From a virus (Duplodnaviria > Caudoviricetes): a stretch of DNA of 24,413 nucleotides. The DNA lies in the IMG/VR virus record IMGVR_UViG_3300025519_000039, positions 1-24,413 of that record; one strand, 5' to 3'. How positions within the stretch are numbered: position 1 is the first letter of the stretch; each line of letters opens with the position of its first letter. Both the position numbers and the translations under genes were made by a program. Below, piece by piece: positions 16,147 through 24,413 of this stretch. The notes under the pieces are model-generated. The model was not told where the DNA came from and searched no databases. It was given only the letters and a program-made list of their open reading frames with translations.

Positions 16147-16161
16147 AATTAGGTGATACCT

Positions 16162-16485
16162 ATGGACTTACAAACTATTAAACGGTTAATACAAGAAGGG
16201 AAGCTAGTTAAATTCTACCAGTGCAAAGAGTGGAGAACATTACGACTGAAAGCCTTGGAACGCGATAACTACGAATGCCGAGAATGTAAGAAGCGAGGGA
16301 AGGTTACAACAAGCAAAGATACAAAGTTAGAAGTCCATCACATCAAAGAGGTTAAGAAACATCCAGAACTTGCTTTGGTATTGAGCAACCTTAAAACAGT
16401 CTGTGTTGATTGCCATAACAAAGAGCATGGGAAGTTGGATAAGTATATTAAGCAAAAGAGATTTTGGAGTGATGAGAGGTGGTAA
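16162..16485 (+). CDS. Terminase-associated HNH endonuclease
   Basis: FYQ..EWR.LR..ALERDNYECRECK...VHHIKEV...NL.TVCVDCHNKEH; upstream of terS as in cos phages. Confidence 0.92.
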   Translation: MDLQTIKRLIQEGKLVKFYQCKEWRTLRLKALERDNYECRECKKRGKVTTSKDTKLEVHHIKEVKKHPELALVLSNLKTVCVDCHNKEHGKLDKYIKQKRFWSDERW

Positions 16486-16487
16486 AG

Positions 16488-16658
16488 ATGAAAGGCAAGC
16501 TAATGACTCATAGGTGTATGGATAAAGCATGTGGCTATGAAGAAACATCTCATAAACTTCGAGACGGAATGAGATGTCCAAAATGTAACGGTCCGGTTTT
16601 TAGTTATCTTGTTAAGAAGGAAAAAATTAAAAAGCACCCCCCGGTCAAAAAGTTTTAA
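16488..16658 (+). CDS. Small zinc-ribbon-like protein (56 aa; not in ORF track)
   Basis: MKGKLMTHRCMDKACGYEETSHKLRDGMRCPKCNGPVFSYLVKK...; RBS GAGAGGTGG. Confidence 0.55.
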   Translation: MKGKLMTHRCMDKACGYEETSHKLRDGMRCPKCNGPVFSYLVKKEKIKKHPPVKKF

Positions 16659-16692
16659 CCATTTTTGGGGAACGTTGAAACGGGAAGGGGCT
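16634..16692. other. Probable cos (packaging) region
   Basis: GC-rich CACCCCCCGGTC...AACGGGAAGGGGC between HNH and terS, the usual cos position in such phages; cut site not determinable. Confidence 0.5.
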
Positions 16693-16741
16693 TATCGGAG
16701 AAAACATTATTTTCGATTCTCACATGAGGGGAGGGGTGAAA

Positions 16742-17086
16742 TTGGCGAAATTAAGTAGAAAAAAACAGAACGGATTGATTCAACATGAAGTTGATCGGCT
16801 GAATGCGATATTTGTAGATTTGCCTGATAGCGATAAAGAAATTGCTAAAGAACTTATCGAACGAATTGCATTCATGACTATCCAACTTGAGGTACTAGAA
16901 GATGACATTAAACTCAAAGGCCCAACCTACATGTTTGAAAATGGAAAGCAAAAAATGCTAGTTGAAAACCCCGCCCAAAAATCTTACAACACCATGATGA
17001 ATCGGTATACGGCCGCATATAAGGAACTCTTTAATCTAGCAAAGAAATTGAACAGTAGTGATGATGATGAGTTCGAAGACGTATAA
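16742..17086 (+). CDS. terS: Terminase small subunit
   Basis: LEDDIKLKGP...ENGKQKMLVENPAQKSYNTM pattern; precedes TerL; TTG start after GGAGGGGTGA. Confidence 0.85.
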   Translation: MAKLSRKKQNGLIQHEVDRLNAIFVDLPDSDKEIAKELIERIAFMTIQLEVLEDDIKLKGPTYMFENGKQKMLVENPAQKSYNTMMNRYTAAYKELFNLAKKLNSSDDDEFEDV

Positions 17087-18716
17087 GTATGACCCGTATA
17101 TCGATGAATATTTGAGAATGGTTGAAAAAGGAGAAATCGAATCATGTGAGGAACAGAAACAACTTACTGAATTCATCCGTTGGAAACTAGATCAACCGGG
17201 AATTGTTATCGATCACGAAGCCATAGAAAAGTCAATCAACACTCCCAGTAAATATTTTCCATATCAGTTGTTCCCGTGGGAAAAATTTATAAACGCCTTT
17301 ATATACGGTGTAAGGCATGATGACGGACGATTAGTATTTGACCGTTTTCTTATTTTGATTGGACGGGGAGCCGGGAAAAATGGGTATGTTAGTTGGAACT
17401 CGTTTTATTTGCCGACCGGACACCACGGCATAAAAAACTATGATGTTGACATTGTCGCGACATCTGAAAAGCAGGCAAAAACATCATTCGAAGATGTTTA
17501 CAACGTTCTTGAAGAAAATTGGTCGAAACTAAAAAAGACATTCTATAAGTCTTTAACTTTGATTAAACATCGAGGGACAAAATCAAAACTTGAGTACAAT
17601 ACTTCCAACGCGCGGACTAAAGATGGTAAGCGAAGCGGATGTGTGATTTTCGACGAAGTTCACGAGTATGAAGATTACAGCACAATCAAAGTTTTTACGT
17701 CGGGTTTAGGTAAGAAAAAGGATCCACGAATTTTCTACATTACAACTGACGGATATGTTCGCGGCGGCGTCTTAGATGATTTAAAAGAAGAAGCCAAAAT
17801 GGTTCTTAATAAAGAGCTTCCTAATTCGACTTTGTTTCCATTCATCTGTAAATTAGATGATCCAAGCGAAGTTGACGACGAAACAAAATGGGAAAAGGCA
17901 AATCCGTCATACCGGTACAATGAGGACTTACGGCATGAAATGAGAAAAGAATATGAGCAAGGAAAAATCAATGCCGCTATCCGTATTGAGTTTATGACAA
18001 AAAGAATGAATTGCCCGGTTGATGATACGAGGAAAGAGGTTGCAACATATAAAGAACGATTGGCGACCGATCAACCTTGGCCAGATGAACAAGAAATAAA
18101 AGGCATCGAAGTTATTGCCGGTGTTGACTATGCTCAAATTCGTGACTTTTGTTCAGTGGGAGTTTACTTTAAAAAAGATGGTAAACGTTACTGGAAACAA
18201 CATTCCTTTATGCACCACACCGCCCCAAAATTGCAATCGATCAATCAAGAGATACTGAACTTAGCAATTGAAAAAAATTTACTCACAGTTGTGTATGATG
18301 ATTCGATTACGGCGCAACACCCATTAGGTTGGTTGATTGAACAGTGCAAAATTTATAGAGTTAGGAAGGTTGCTATGGACGAATACCGGGCAGCTATATT
18401 ACGAAAAGAATTTGAAGAAGCCGGTTTTACAGTTGAAGTTGTGCGACGCGGTCCGGCAACTCATGCCAGGTTATCACCGCTGATTGAACAAATGTTTGTT
18501 GAAAAGAAAATCGTCTTTGGTGACGATCCGCTAATGCGGTGGTATGTGGGAAATGTGTACAAGGAAGAAAAAGGCAACGGGAATATTGAGTACAAAAAAA
18601 TTGACAAAGAGAAACGGAAAACGGATGGATTTTTTGCGTTTACTCATGCCTTAAATTTTGACAGCGAGTTAAAAGAACGCAAACCATCGAAACCAATGAA
18701 AGCCATTGTTTTTTAG
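17058..18716 (+). CDS. terL: Terminase large subunit (start may be 17061-17067)
   Basis: IGRGAGKNG Walker A, IFDEVHEY Walker B, YITTDG, WEKANPS, GVDYA..RD, KTDGFFA. Confidence 0.95.
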   Translation: MMMMSSKTYKYDPYIDEYLRMVEKGEIESCEEQKQLTEFIRWKLDQPGIVIDHEAIEKSINTPSKYFPYQLFPWEKFINAFIYGVRHDDGRLVFDRFLILIGRGAGKNGYVSWNSFYLPTGHHGIKNYDVDIVATSEKQAKTSFEDVYNVLEENWSKLKKTFYKSLTLIKHRGTKSKLEYNTSNARTKDGKRSGCVIFDEVHEYEDYSTIKVFTSGLGKKKDPRIFYITTDGYVRGGVLDDLKEEAKMVLNKELPNSTLFPFICKLDDPSEVDDETKWEKANPSYRYNEDLRHEMRKEYEQGKINAAIRIEFMTKRMNCPVDDTRKEVATYKERLATDQPWPDEQEIKGIEVIAGVDYAQIRDFCSVGVYFKKDGKRYWKQHSFMHHTAPKLQSINQEILNLAIEKNLLTVVYDDSITAQHPLGWLIEQCKIYRVRKVAMDEYRAAILRKEFEEAGFTVEVVRRGPATHARLSPLIEQMFVEKKIVFGDDPLMRWYVGNVYKEEKGNGNIEYKKIDKEKRKTDGFFAFTHALNFDSELKERKPSKPMKAIVF

Positions 18717-18730
18717 GAGGGGGTGATAGT

Positions 18731-19876
18731 TTGGGATTATATAGTTTTTTTAAGAGTTTTTTTACTCCAGAAGGAAAGCTATCAGATACGATTGTTTTGG
18801 ATTTAGCGGTTGAATATCATGTGAAGCGTTTGGCTGTCCAGTCATGCGTCAATCTAATCGCAAACACTTTAGTCCGTTGTCCCATCCGGACATATGAAAA
18901 TGGTAAGGAAATGTTCGGAAATAACCACTATCTGTTAAACGTGGAGCCGAATCAAAACCAAAATGCCAGTCAGTTTTTTCATGAATTTGTTTCAAAATTA
19001 GTACTCGATAATGAGTGTCTAGTAATCATGCAAAATGAACAACTTTATGTTGCCGACAGCTTCGAACGAAAAGAATATGCGTTCTATGAAAATGTTTATA
19101 AAAATGTTGTTGTCAACGATTTTCAATTGGATAGACAATTCAAAGAAAGCGAAGTTCTTTATTTCGAACTTAATAATAAAAAAATTAAAAATGTCATAGA
19201 CGACCTTTACAACAGTTATGGAAAACTAATAACCGCGGCAATGAATTATTACAAGCGCTCAAACGCTTTGCGGGTAAAACTGAAAATAGAATCAACAGGA
19301 CCGCAAACAGACGAGGAGCAGGCTAACAGAGAGGATATGTTTAATTATCAGTTGAAAAGTTTTCTTGAAGCCGAGGGAGCGGCGGCATGGCCAGAACAAG
19401 ATGATGTAACTTTAGAAGAGTTACAAAACCTATCAAATAGCGGTCGGACAAGCCGAGACATCCGAGCACTCGTAGATGATATTTTTGATTTTGTCAGCAC
19501 TGCTTTTTTGATTCCAAAAGGATTAATTAAAGGCGATCTCGCCGATGTCGAAAGGCAAACTGACAACTATATCATGTTTTGCATTGCCCCGATTGCTTCA
19601 CAAATTGAAGATGAAGCAAACAGGAAAATATACAAAAAAGATGGCTATCTGAAAAGAAATTATTTGCGTGTAGACACCTCAATGATTAAGTACACAGATA
19701 TTGTGAAATTGGCTACTGCAATGGATAAGTTGATTTCTAGTGGAACTCATAGCGTTAATGAAAATCGAATGCTGATCGGTAAAGAACCAATCAATGAGGA
19801 TTGGGCTAACGAGCACTACATCACAAAGAATTACCAGAAAGCCGAAAATTTCTTTGAAGGAGGTGAGGAAGTTTGA
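18731..19876 (+). CDS. HK97-family portal protein
   Basis: YLLNVEPNQNQNAS.F..., AFLIP.GLI.G, SVNENR..IG.EP; follows TerL. Confidence 0.93.
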   Translation: MGLYSFFKSFFTPEGKLSDTIVLDLAVEYHVKRLAVQSCVNLIANTLVRCPIRTYENGKEMFGNNHYLLNVEPNQNQNASQFFHEFVSKLVLDNECLVIMQNEQLYVADSFERKEYAFYENVYKNVVVNDFQLDRQFKESEVLYFELNNKKIKNVIDDLYNSYGKLITAAMNYYKRSNALRVKLKIESTGPQTDEEQANREDMFNYQLKSFLEAEGAAAWPEQDDVTLEELQNLSNSGRTSRDIRALVDDIFDFVSTAFLIPKGLIKGDLADVERQTDNYIMFCIAPIASQIEDEANRKIYKKDGYLKRNYLRVDTSMIKYTDIVKLATAMDKLISSGTHSVNENRMLIGKEPINEDWANEHYITKNYQKAENFFEGGEEV

Positions 19877-20574
19877 AGAAACGGTTTAAAAATGAAAAAT
19901 ACAATAGCCTGCCGAAAATAGATAAGGTTTTTAAAGCAGAGGCATTAGATGAAGATTCGGCAAAACTAATTATCTATGGGGATATTGGTGAATCATGGTG
20001 GGGTGATTATATTACCGCGTCTGATGTTGAAAGGGTATTAAAAGACCTAACAACAAATACATTGCATGTTCATATTAACAGCTATGGCGGTGATGTATTT
20101 GAAGGAATCGCAATTTATAATCTACTGAAAAACCATAAAGCAAAAATTGTTATCCATATTGACGGAGTTGCCGCCTCTGCCGCCTCATTAATCGCAATGG
20201 CGGGAGATGATATTATTTCCGGAACTGGTGCCATGATCATGGTTCATGAAGCGTGGACATATGCTTACGGAAACAAAACTGATATTCAAAAGGTGTTAAA
20301 TTCACTTATCGGGATCGACAAGTCTATTGTTGACATATACATGACACGCTTCACAGGCAATCGTTCTGAGATGGAAACATTTGTAAGAAATGAAACATGG
20401 TTTACATCTGATGAAGCACTTGAATTTGGGTTGGTGGATAAAGTAATAAACGGTACACAAGATGATGATGAAACTGATCCGGATGATTTCAAAAACAGTG
20501 TCCTTGAAAGAATACGGGCGAAAAAAGCAAATGAAAACAACAATATACTAAATAAATTCAAACGCCAAGTATAA
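19873..20574 (+). CDS. ClpP-like prohead maturation protease
   Basis: HINSYGGDVFEG, DGVAASAAS, MVHEAW, ETWFTSDEALEFGLVD. Confidence 0.93.
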   Translation: MKKRFKNEKYNSLPKIDKVFKAEALDEDSAKLIIYGDIGESWWGDYITASDVERVLKDLTTNTLHVHINSYGGDVFEGIAIYNLLKNHKAKIVIHIDGVAASAASLIAMAGDDIISGTGAMIMVHEAWTYAYGNKTDIQKVLNSLIGIDKSIVDIYMTRFTGNRSEMETFVRNETWFTSDEALEFGLVDKVINGTQDDDETDPDDFKNSVLERIRAKKANENNNILNKFKRQV

Positions 20575-20604
20575 GGCGTTATTTCAATTTTAGGAGGTTA
20601 TCAT

Positions 20605-21771
20605 ATGTCAATCAAAAATTTAGATAACAATAAAGGTATCCAAAACAAAGAAGAAAAAATTAAAGCTATGCAACAAGTTTTCGAGAATGGTGACGCTAAT
20701 GAAGTAGCGGCAAACATTGTTAACTTTATTGACAGTAATTTCGCTATGATTCAAACAATGATGAATGACACACTGAAAGAGGCGAAACAAGCCAATGAAG
20801 AAAATTGGGATCAACAGGTTTTGGCTTCTCGAGGTGTTCGCGTTTTAACATCAGAAGAAAAGAAATTTTACAACGCTGCTATTGAGGTCCAATCTTTTGA
20901 CGAAGTAGTTGAGTTAATGCCCCCAACTATTTTCGAACGCGTATTTGAGGACTTAGAAAAAGAGCACCCACTACTATCGGTTGTTAACTTCCAACAAACC
21001 GGGGCAACAACAGCGTGGGTTGTTCGTAAGCCGGGAAATCCTGCCGCATTTTGGGGTGATATTACAAGCTCTATCCAAGAAATGGTTGACGAGGGTTTCC
21101 AAACGATTGAACAAGGTATGTACAAACTTAGCGGATTTTTAGTAGTTTCTAAGGCCATGTTTGAGTTAGGGCCCGAATGGTTAGATCGTTATGTTCGTAC
21201 TTTCATGAAAGAAGTCGTTTCGGACGAATTGGAAAATGTCATTGTAAACGGTGATGGTAATAAAAAACCAATTGGTATGATTCGTGATTTAAACGGTTCT
21301 GTAGTTGGTGGAGTTTATCCTGAAAAAACTCCGGTTGTATTACCCGACTTTAAACCTGCTACAATCGGCAAACACATTTTGGCTCCGACTACAAAAAATG
21401 GCACACGCCGTTATACCGGAGTAACATTAATTGTTAACCCGTTAGACTATGCAACTAAGTTCTTTGCTTTAGGCGCGAAACAAAAAGATGATGGCACGTG
21501 GACATACGATAACTTTTCGGTACCGGGGCTTACTGTTATCCAATCGCCGGCAGTCCCTCTTAACAAAATGGTTGGCGGAAATCCAAAAGATTACTTTATG
21601 GGAGTGGCAGTCAACCAAAAACTTGAAACAACTGATGTGTTACGCATGATTGAAGATCAGCGTTTATACCTCATTCGGCAATTAACGAATGGCCGACCAT
21701 TAGATGCGGATTCGTTTACTGTGTATGACATCTCTGCTTTAGAACCAACAGAACCCGCTCCACAAGTTTAA
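20605..21771 (+). CDS. HK97-fold major capsid protein
   Basis: N-terminal delta-like helical region, P.TIFERVFEDL.KEHPLL, LGPEWLDRYVR, VNGDGNKKPIGM. Confidence 0.93.
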   Translation: MSIKNLDNNKGIQNKEEKIKAMQQVFENGDANEVAANIVNFIDSNFAMIQTMMNDTLKEAKQANEENWDQQVLASRGVRVLTSEEKKFYNAAIEVQSFDEVVELMPPTIFERVFEDLEKEHPLLSVVNFQQTGATTAWVVRKPGNPAAFWGDITSSIQEMVDEGFQTIEQGMYKLSGFLVVSKAMFELGPEWLDRYVRTFMKEVVSDELENVIVNGDGNKKPIGMIRDLNGSVVGGVYPEKTPVVLPDFKPATIGKHILAPTTKNGTRRYTGVTLIVNPLDYATKFFALGAKQKDDGTWTYDNFSVPGLTVIQSPAVPLNKMVGGNPKDYFMGVAVNQKLETTDVLRMIEDQRLYLIRQLTNGRPLDADSFTVYDISALEPTEPAPQV

Positions 21772-21802
21772 TGGCCTATAAAAATTAGAAAGGGTGAAAA
21801 AG

Positions 21803-22006
21803 ATGGCTTATAGAGTGATTAACAGGTTTAAAGATTCAAAGGATAACAATCGTCTTTATGAAGTCGGCGAAGAATATCCAAAAGGGGACTATAAACCAAC
21901 AAAGGAAAGAATTAAAGAGTTGTCATCTGTCCACAAGAAATACAAAAAGGCATTTATTGAAGAGATTAAAGATGAAAAAACAGGAAAGACATCTTCTAAA
22001 AAATAG
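21803..22006 (+). CDS. Small conserved protein following the capsid gene
   Basis: YRVINRFKD..DNNRLYEVGEEYP.....P..ERIKEL; RBS GAAAGGGTGA. Confidence 0.75.
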   Translation: MAYRVINRFKDSKDNNRLYEVGEEYPKGDYKPTKERIKELSSVHKKYKKAFIEEIKDEKTGKTSSKK

Positions 22007-22018
22007 GAGGTGTCTTTT

Positions 22019-22306
22019 ATGTTAGAAGAATTAAAAAATTATCTGAATATTACTTGGGAAGATGTGGCTACCGACAATAAGTTGCAAGGATTTATTGATG
22101 ATGGTAAGGCATACCTGAAAGAGGTGGCTGGAACAGATTTAGATTTTGATAACGACCGCTTTGTTAAATCGTTATTGAAAGACTATTGCCGGTACGCATA
22201 TAATCATTCTTTAGAATTGTTTGAAGTGAACTTTAAAAGGAGTTTGCTAAAGCTGTCTATTCGGGAAGGAGTGAAGGCACATGCCGCAACTCAAACCGAT
22301 ACATGA
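22019..22306 (+). CDS. Head-tail connector (HK97 gp6 / SPP1 gp15-like)
   Basis: LEELKNYLNITW.D..TD.KL..FI..G.AYL...AG...LL.DYCRY; synteny. Confidence 0.85.
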   Translation: MLEELKNYLNITWEDVATDNKLQGFIDDGKAYLKEVAGTDLDFDNDRFVKSLLKDYCRYAYNHSLELFEVNFKRSLLKLSIREGVKAHAATQTDT

Positions 22307-22631
22307 AATTTTTAACGATGGCTTTTTACTCTATGGACACGACACAACCAAGCGGGAAAACGGAAAACGTGTAGGGGAAGAGTTTACTCAAGAAGGAAAA
22401 CTCGCTTTTAAATTAATGAGCGCCCGGGACCGAGATTACCAACTTGCCGGGGCTTTAAACGCAACACTTGACTTGAAAGTAAAAACGCTCTTTCCTCCCG
22501 GGTTTTGGACAATCAAAAAAACAAAATTGAAATGTGTAATTGATGGCGTCAAGTACGACGTAATCAACGTGGATTGGGATAATGATAAACGCTATCTCTA
22601 TTTTTATTTGCAGGAGGTTGGTAAAGCATGA
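22281..22631 (+). CDS. Head closure protein (SPP1 gp16-like)
   Basis: FNDG, VIDGVKYDVINVD...YLYFYLQEV; synteny. Confidence 0.75.
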   Translation: MPQLKPIHEIFNDGFLLYGHDTTKRENGKRVGEEFTQEGKLAFKLMSARDRDYQLAGALNATLDLKVKTLFPPGFWTIKKTKLKCVIDGVKYDVINVDWDNDKRYLYFYLQEVGKA

Positions 22632-23014
22632 ATGAGCGTCTAAAAGCGTACATGGATAAGCAACACAATAAACTGACAAACGACCTAACGACAGCTTTCC
22701 AACTTCCTGTATTTGTGGACGAAATCGCAGAGGATGAAATCCCGGAAGGCGATTATCATTATTTTTTGATTGTTTACGGAGACATTGAAGGCACTGGTGA
22801 AGGTACAGCAAAACAAGAGGTATATGTAGTCTATGTCACAGAAAAAAATCCAAAAGTTGAAGAAAACACAATGGATATTATCGCAATTGGAAACAAAGTG
22901 CCGGGATTTGAATTTTATCGTACTGTGAAAGAAAGGTATCGAGAAAATGACACAGACAACTATGTTGATCAAGTAACGATAATCTTCAGGCGGTTGATTA
23001 AATATGACAGTTGA
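22628..23014 (+). CDS. Neck/tail protein, probably tail terminator
   Basis: 128 aa, acidic alpha/beta pattern; located in the neck cluster. Confidence 0.55.
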   Translation: MNERLKAYMDKQHNKLTNDLTTAFQLPVFVDEIAEDEIPEGDYHYFLIVYGDIEGTGEGTAKQEVYVVYVTEKNPKVEENTMDIIAIGNKVPGFEFYRTVKERYRENDTDNYVDQVTIIFRRLIKYDS

Positions 23015-23429
23015 ATATAAACTGGATTATTCCTCTATTGAGGACTTACAAAAGAAATATAGTCGATTGCCAGAGGACATAGAAAACTTCTTGAATGCTT
23101 ACTTACACAAAGAAGGCGCAGAAAGAACAATAGATCACATTACTAAACTGATTAAAGTATCCAGACCAACACCAAAAGCGAACGAGCATTTCCCACATGC
23201 AAAAACAAGTAAGTGGTCAAAAGTGGAAAAGATCAATCTAGGTTTTACCATCAAGCCAAAAGGCGGAGCCGCTAATAAGTTAAGAAGTTTTGGATATTTA
23301 GTATTCCCAAATGAGGGACGCGGGCCGAGGAACCCACTCGAACAAAGGTTTATGGAACGGGGGTTAGAAAACTCACTGTCTCCGATATTAGAAGATATAA
23401 ATGAATTAGTAGAAAGGAGTTTGAGATAG
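23004..23429 (+). CDS. Tail completion protein (HK97 gp10-like)
   Basis: N-terminal helix, YLVFPNEG.G....QRFMERG C-terminal pattern; basic. Confidence 0.6.
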   Translation: MTVEYKLDYSSIEDLQKKYSRLPEDIENFLNAYLHKEGAERTIDHITKLIKVSRPTPKANEHFPHAKTSKWSKVEKINLGFTIKPKGGAANKLRSFGYLVFPNEGRGPRNPLEQRFMERGLENSLSPILEDINELVERSLR

Positions 23430-24017
23430 ATGGCAGTAATAGTAAAAGAATTTGATCCGGTATCAGTGAAAAATTCCCATGTACAATTTAAAAACTCGGA
23501 TGGAACATACGCACCTGGTACAGATTTCGGTTTTATCGGAACGATTAGTGGGGAAACGGTGCTAATCGAGGTTATTAAACGGAAAGAAGGCTTTGAGGCA
23601 GGAAAGAAAGTTAAGCCCCAAAAAATGACGCTGAACCTTACCGGACGAGTATATGCTTCGGTGCTCCGGGATATTTTCGGCATTAAATCTGACGGTTTAA
23701 AACCCGGAGTTTATTCATATGGTACCGATTCAATCGGTAAGGAGTTTATTTTTACCGCTGATGAGATTGACGATTTTGAAGAAGTCACAAAGTTAACAGC
23801 ATACATGAATTGCCGAACAGCGTCCGGCTTAACGGTGTCAATCGAAAACGGGGCGAGTGAAGTGGCAGAAATATCACTCACCCTTGAATGCTATCCTGAT
23901 GACCAAGGTCAAATTAAGTATGAAGCATTTGTATCTGAATTGGATGATACAACTGTTTCGCAACAATGGCACAGCGCCTTTACACGTGAATTAGTAGAGG
24001 CGGTACCGACTCCATAA
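23430..24017 (+). CDS. Major tail (tube) protein
   Basis: 195 aa, beta-rich, SIENGASEVAEISLT; followed by a terminator-like hairpin and a chaperone-position ORF. Confidence 0.8.
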   Translation: MAVIVKEFDPVSVKNSHVQFKNSDGTYAPGTDFGFIGTISGETVLIEVIKRKEGFEAGKKVKPQKMTLNLTGRVYASVLRDIFGIKSDGLKPGVYSYGTDSIGKEFIFTADEIDDFEEVTKLTAYMNCRTASGLTVSIENGASEVAEISLTLECYPDDQGQIKYEAFVSELDDTTVSQQWHSAFTRELVEAVPTP

Positions 24018-24018
24018 T

Positions 24019-24047
24019 GGCGGGTAAAATCCCGCCTTATTTTTCTT
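24019..24047 (+). terminator. Terminator/attenuator after the major tail gene
   Basis: GGCGGG-TAAAAT-CCCGCC followed by TTATTTTTCTT. Confidence 0.65.
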
Positions 24048-24060
24048 GTAGGTGATCCCC

Positions 24061-24413
24061 ATGAAAATAATTCAAATAAATATAGACGATAAAAATTACA
24101 ACGCAGCCATCACAAATTATTCCCTTGGCGTTGGTGAAAAATTGGGACTTTTAAAAGGTTCCCAATTGAGTAACGTTCTTACCGAAACAAACATGTTAAG
24201 TGTGATTTATCTATCCCTGTTAGGAGTAGAAAAAAACGTCCCCTTCTCTTTTACTGATTTTACAAAGATTGAGTGGGACGAACAGACGGTAAAAGCAATC
24301 TATCGAATGCTAATCGAACCCTTTACGACTTTTAAAGAAAACAATTTTGCCAAAGAGATAGAAAAAAATATTAGCAAAATTGTCCCCCAAAACGCTAAAC
24401 AGATTAAGCCTTT
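24061..24413 (+). CDS. Probable tail assembly chaperone (truncated by window edge)
   Basis: AGGTGA RBS; open frame MKIIQINIDDKNYNAAITNYSL... with no stop to the window end; position after the major tail gene. Confidence 0.65.
   Translation, partial: MKIIQINIDDKNYNAAITNYSLGVGEKLGLLKGSQLSNVLTETNMLSVIYLSLLGVEKNVPFSFTDFTKIEWDEQTVKAIYRMLIEPFTTFKENNFAKEIEKNISKIVPQNAKQIKP

Larger units (their letters stand above)
128..24413. mobile_element. Temperate siphovirus-like prophage (HK97-type head), continuing beyond the right edge
   Basis: Canonical module order: integrase, immunity, replication/recombination, late regulator, packaging, head, neck, tail. Confidence 0.97.

Noticed and set aside
800-23683. 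Alternative-frame and antisense ORFs in the track (e.g. 800-1279, 2172-2483, 11261-11653, 15521-15877, 23135-23683)
   Set aside because: They are shadows of well-supported genes, with no recognisable motifs or convincing RBS.
24005-24030. +1 frameshift extension of the major tail protein (SPP1 gp17.1-like CCC-TAA)
   Set aside because: The gene ends CCA TAA and the +1 frame stops within a few codons. The capsid gene end also lacks such a site.

Overview
Left ~24 kb of a temperate, probably cos-type siphovirus-like prophage in a spore-forming Bacillaceae host. Bases 2-127 encode part of the sporulation gene cotJC (spore-coat Mn-catalase family), which breaks off at ...AKGDPI, about 17 bp from the stop codon of a large serine integrase. 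The prophage is therefore integrated inside cotJC. The modules that follow are: an ImmA-repressor-Cro switch with four 16-bp operators; an early operon (SMC-like ATPase, Sak4-like ATPase, DUF669-type SSB, SF2 helicase, HNH cassette, primase-helicase, repeat-rich putative origin, RusA, RinA/ArpU); and a late operon (HNH, TerS, TerL, portal, Clp protease, HK97-type capsid, neck genes, major tail protein, truncated tail chaperone). The most notable theme is possible coupling to sporulation: a split mother-cell gene, a mother-cell-type -10 element ahead of a small candidate RDF, and sigmaH-like promoters ahead of both accessory genes. All family assignments come from motif recognition and synteny, with no database searches.
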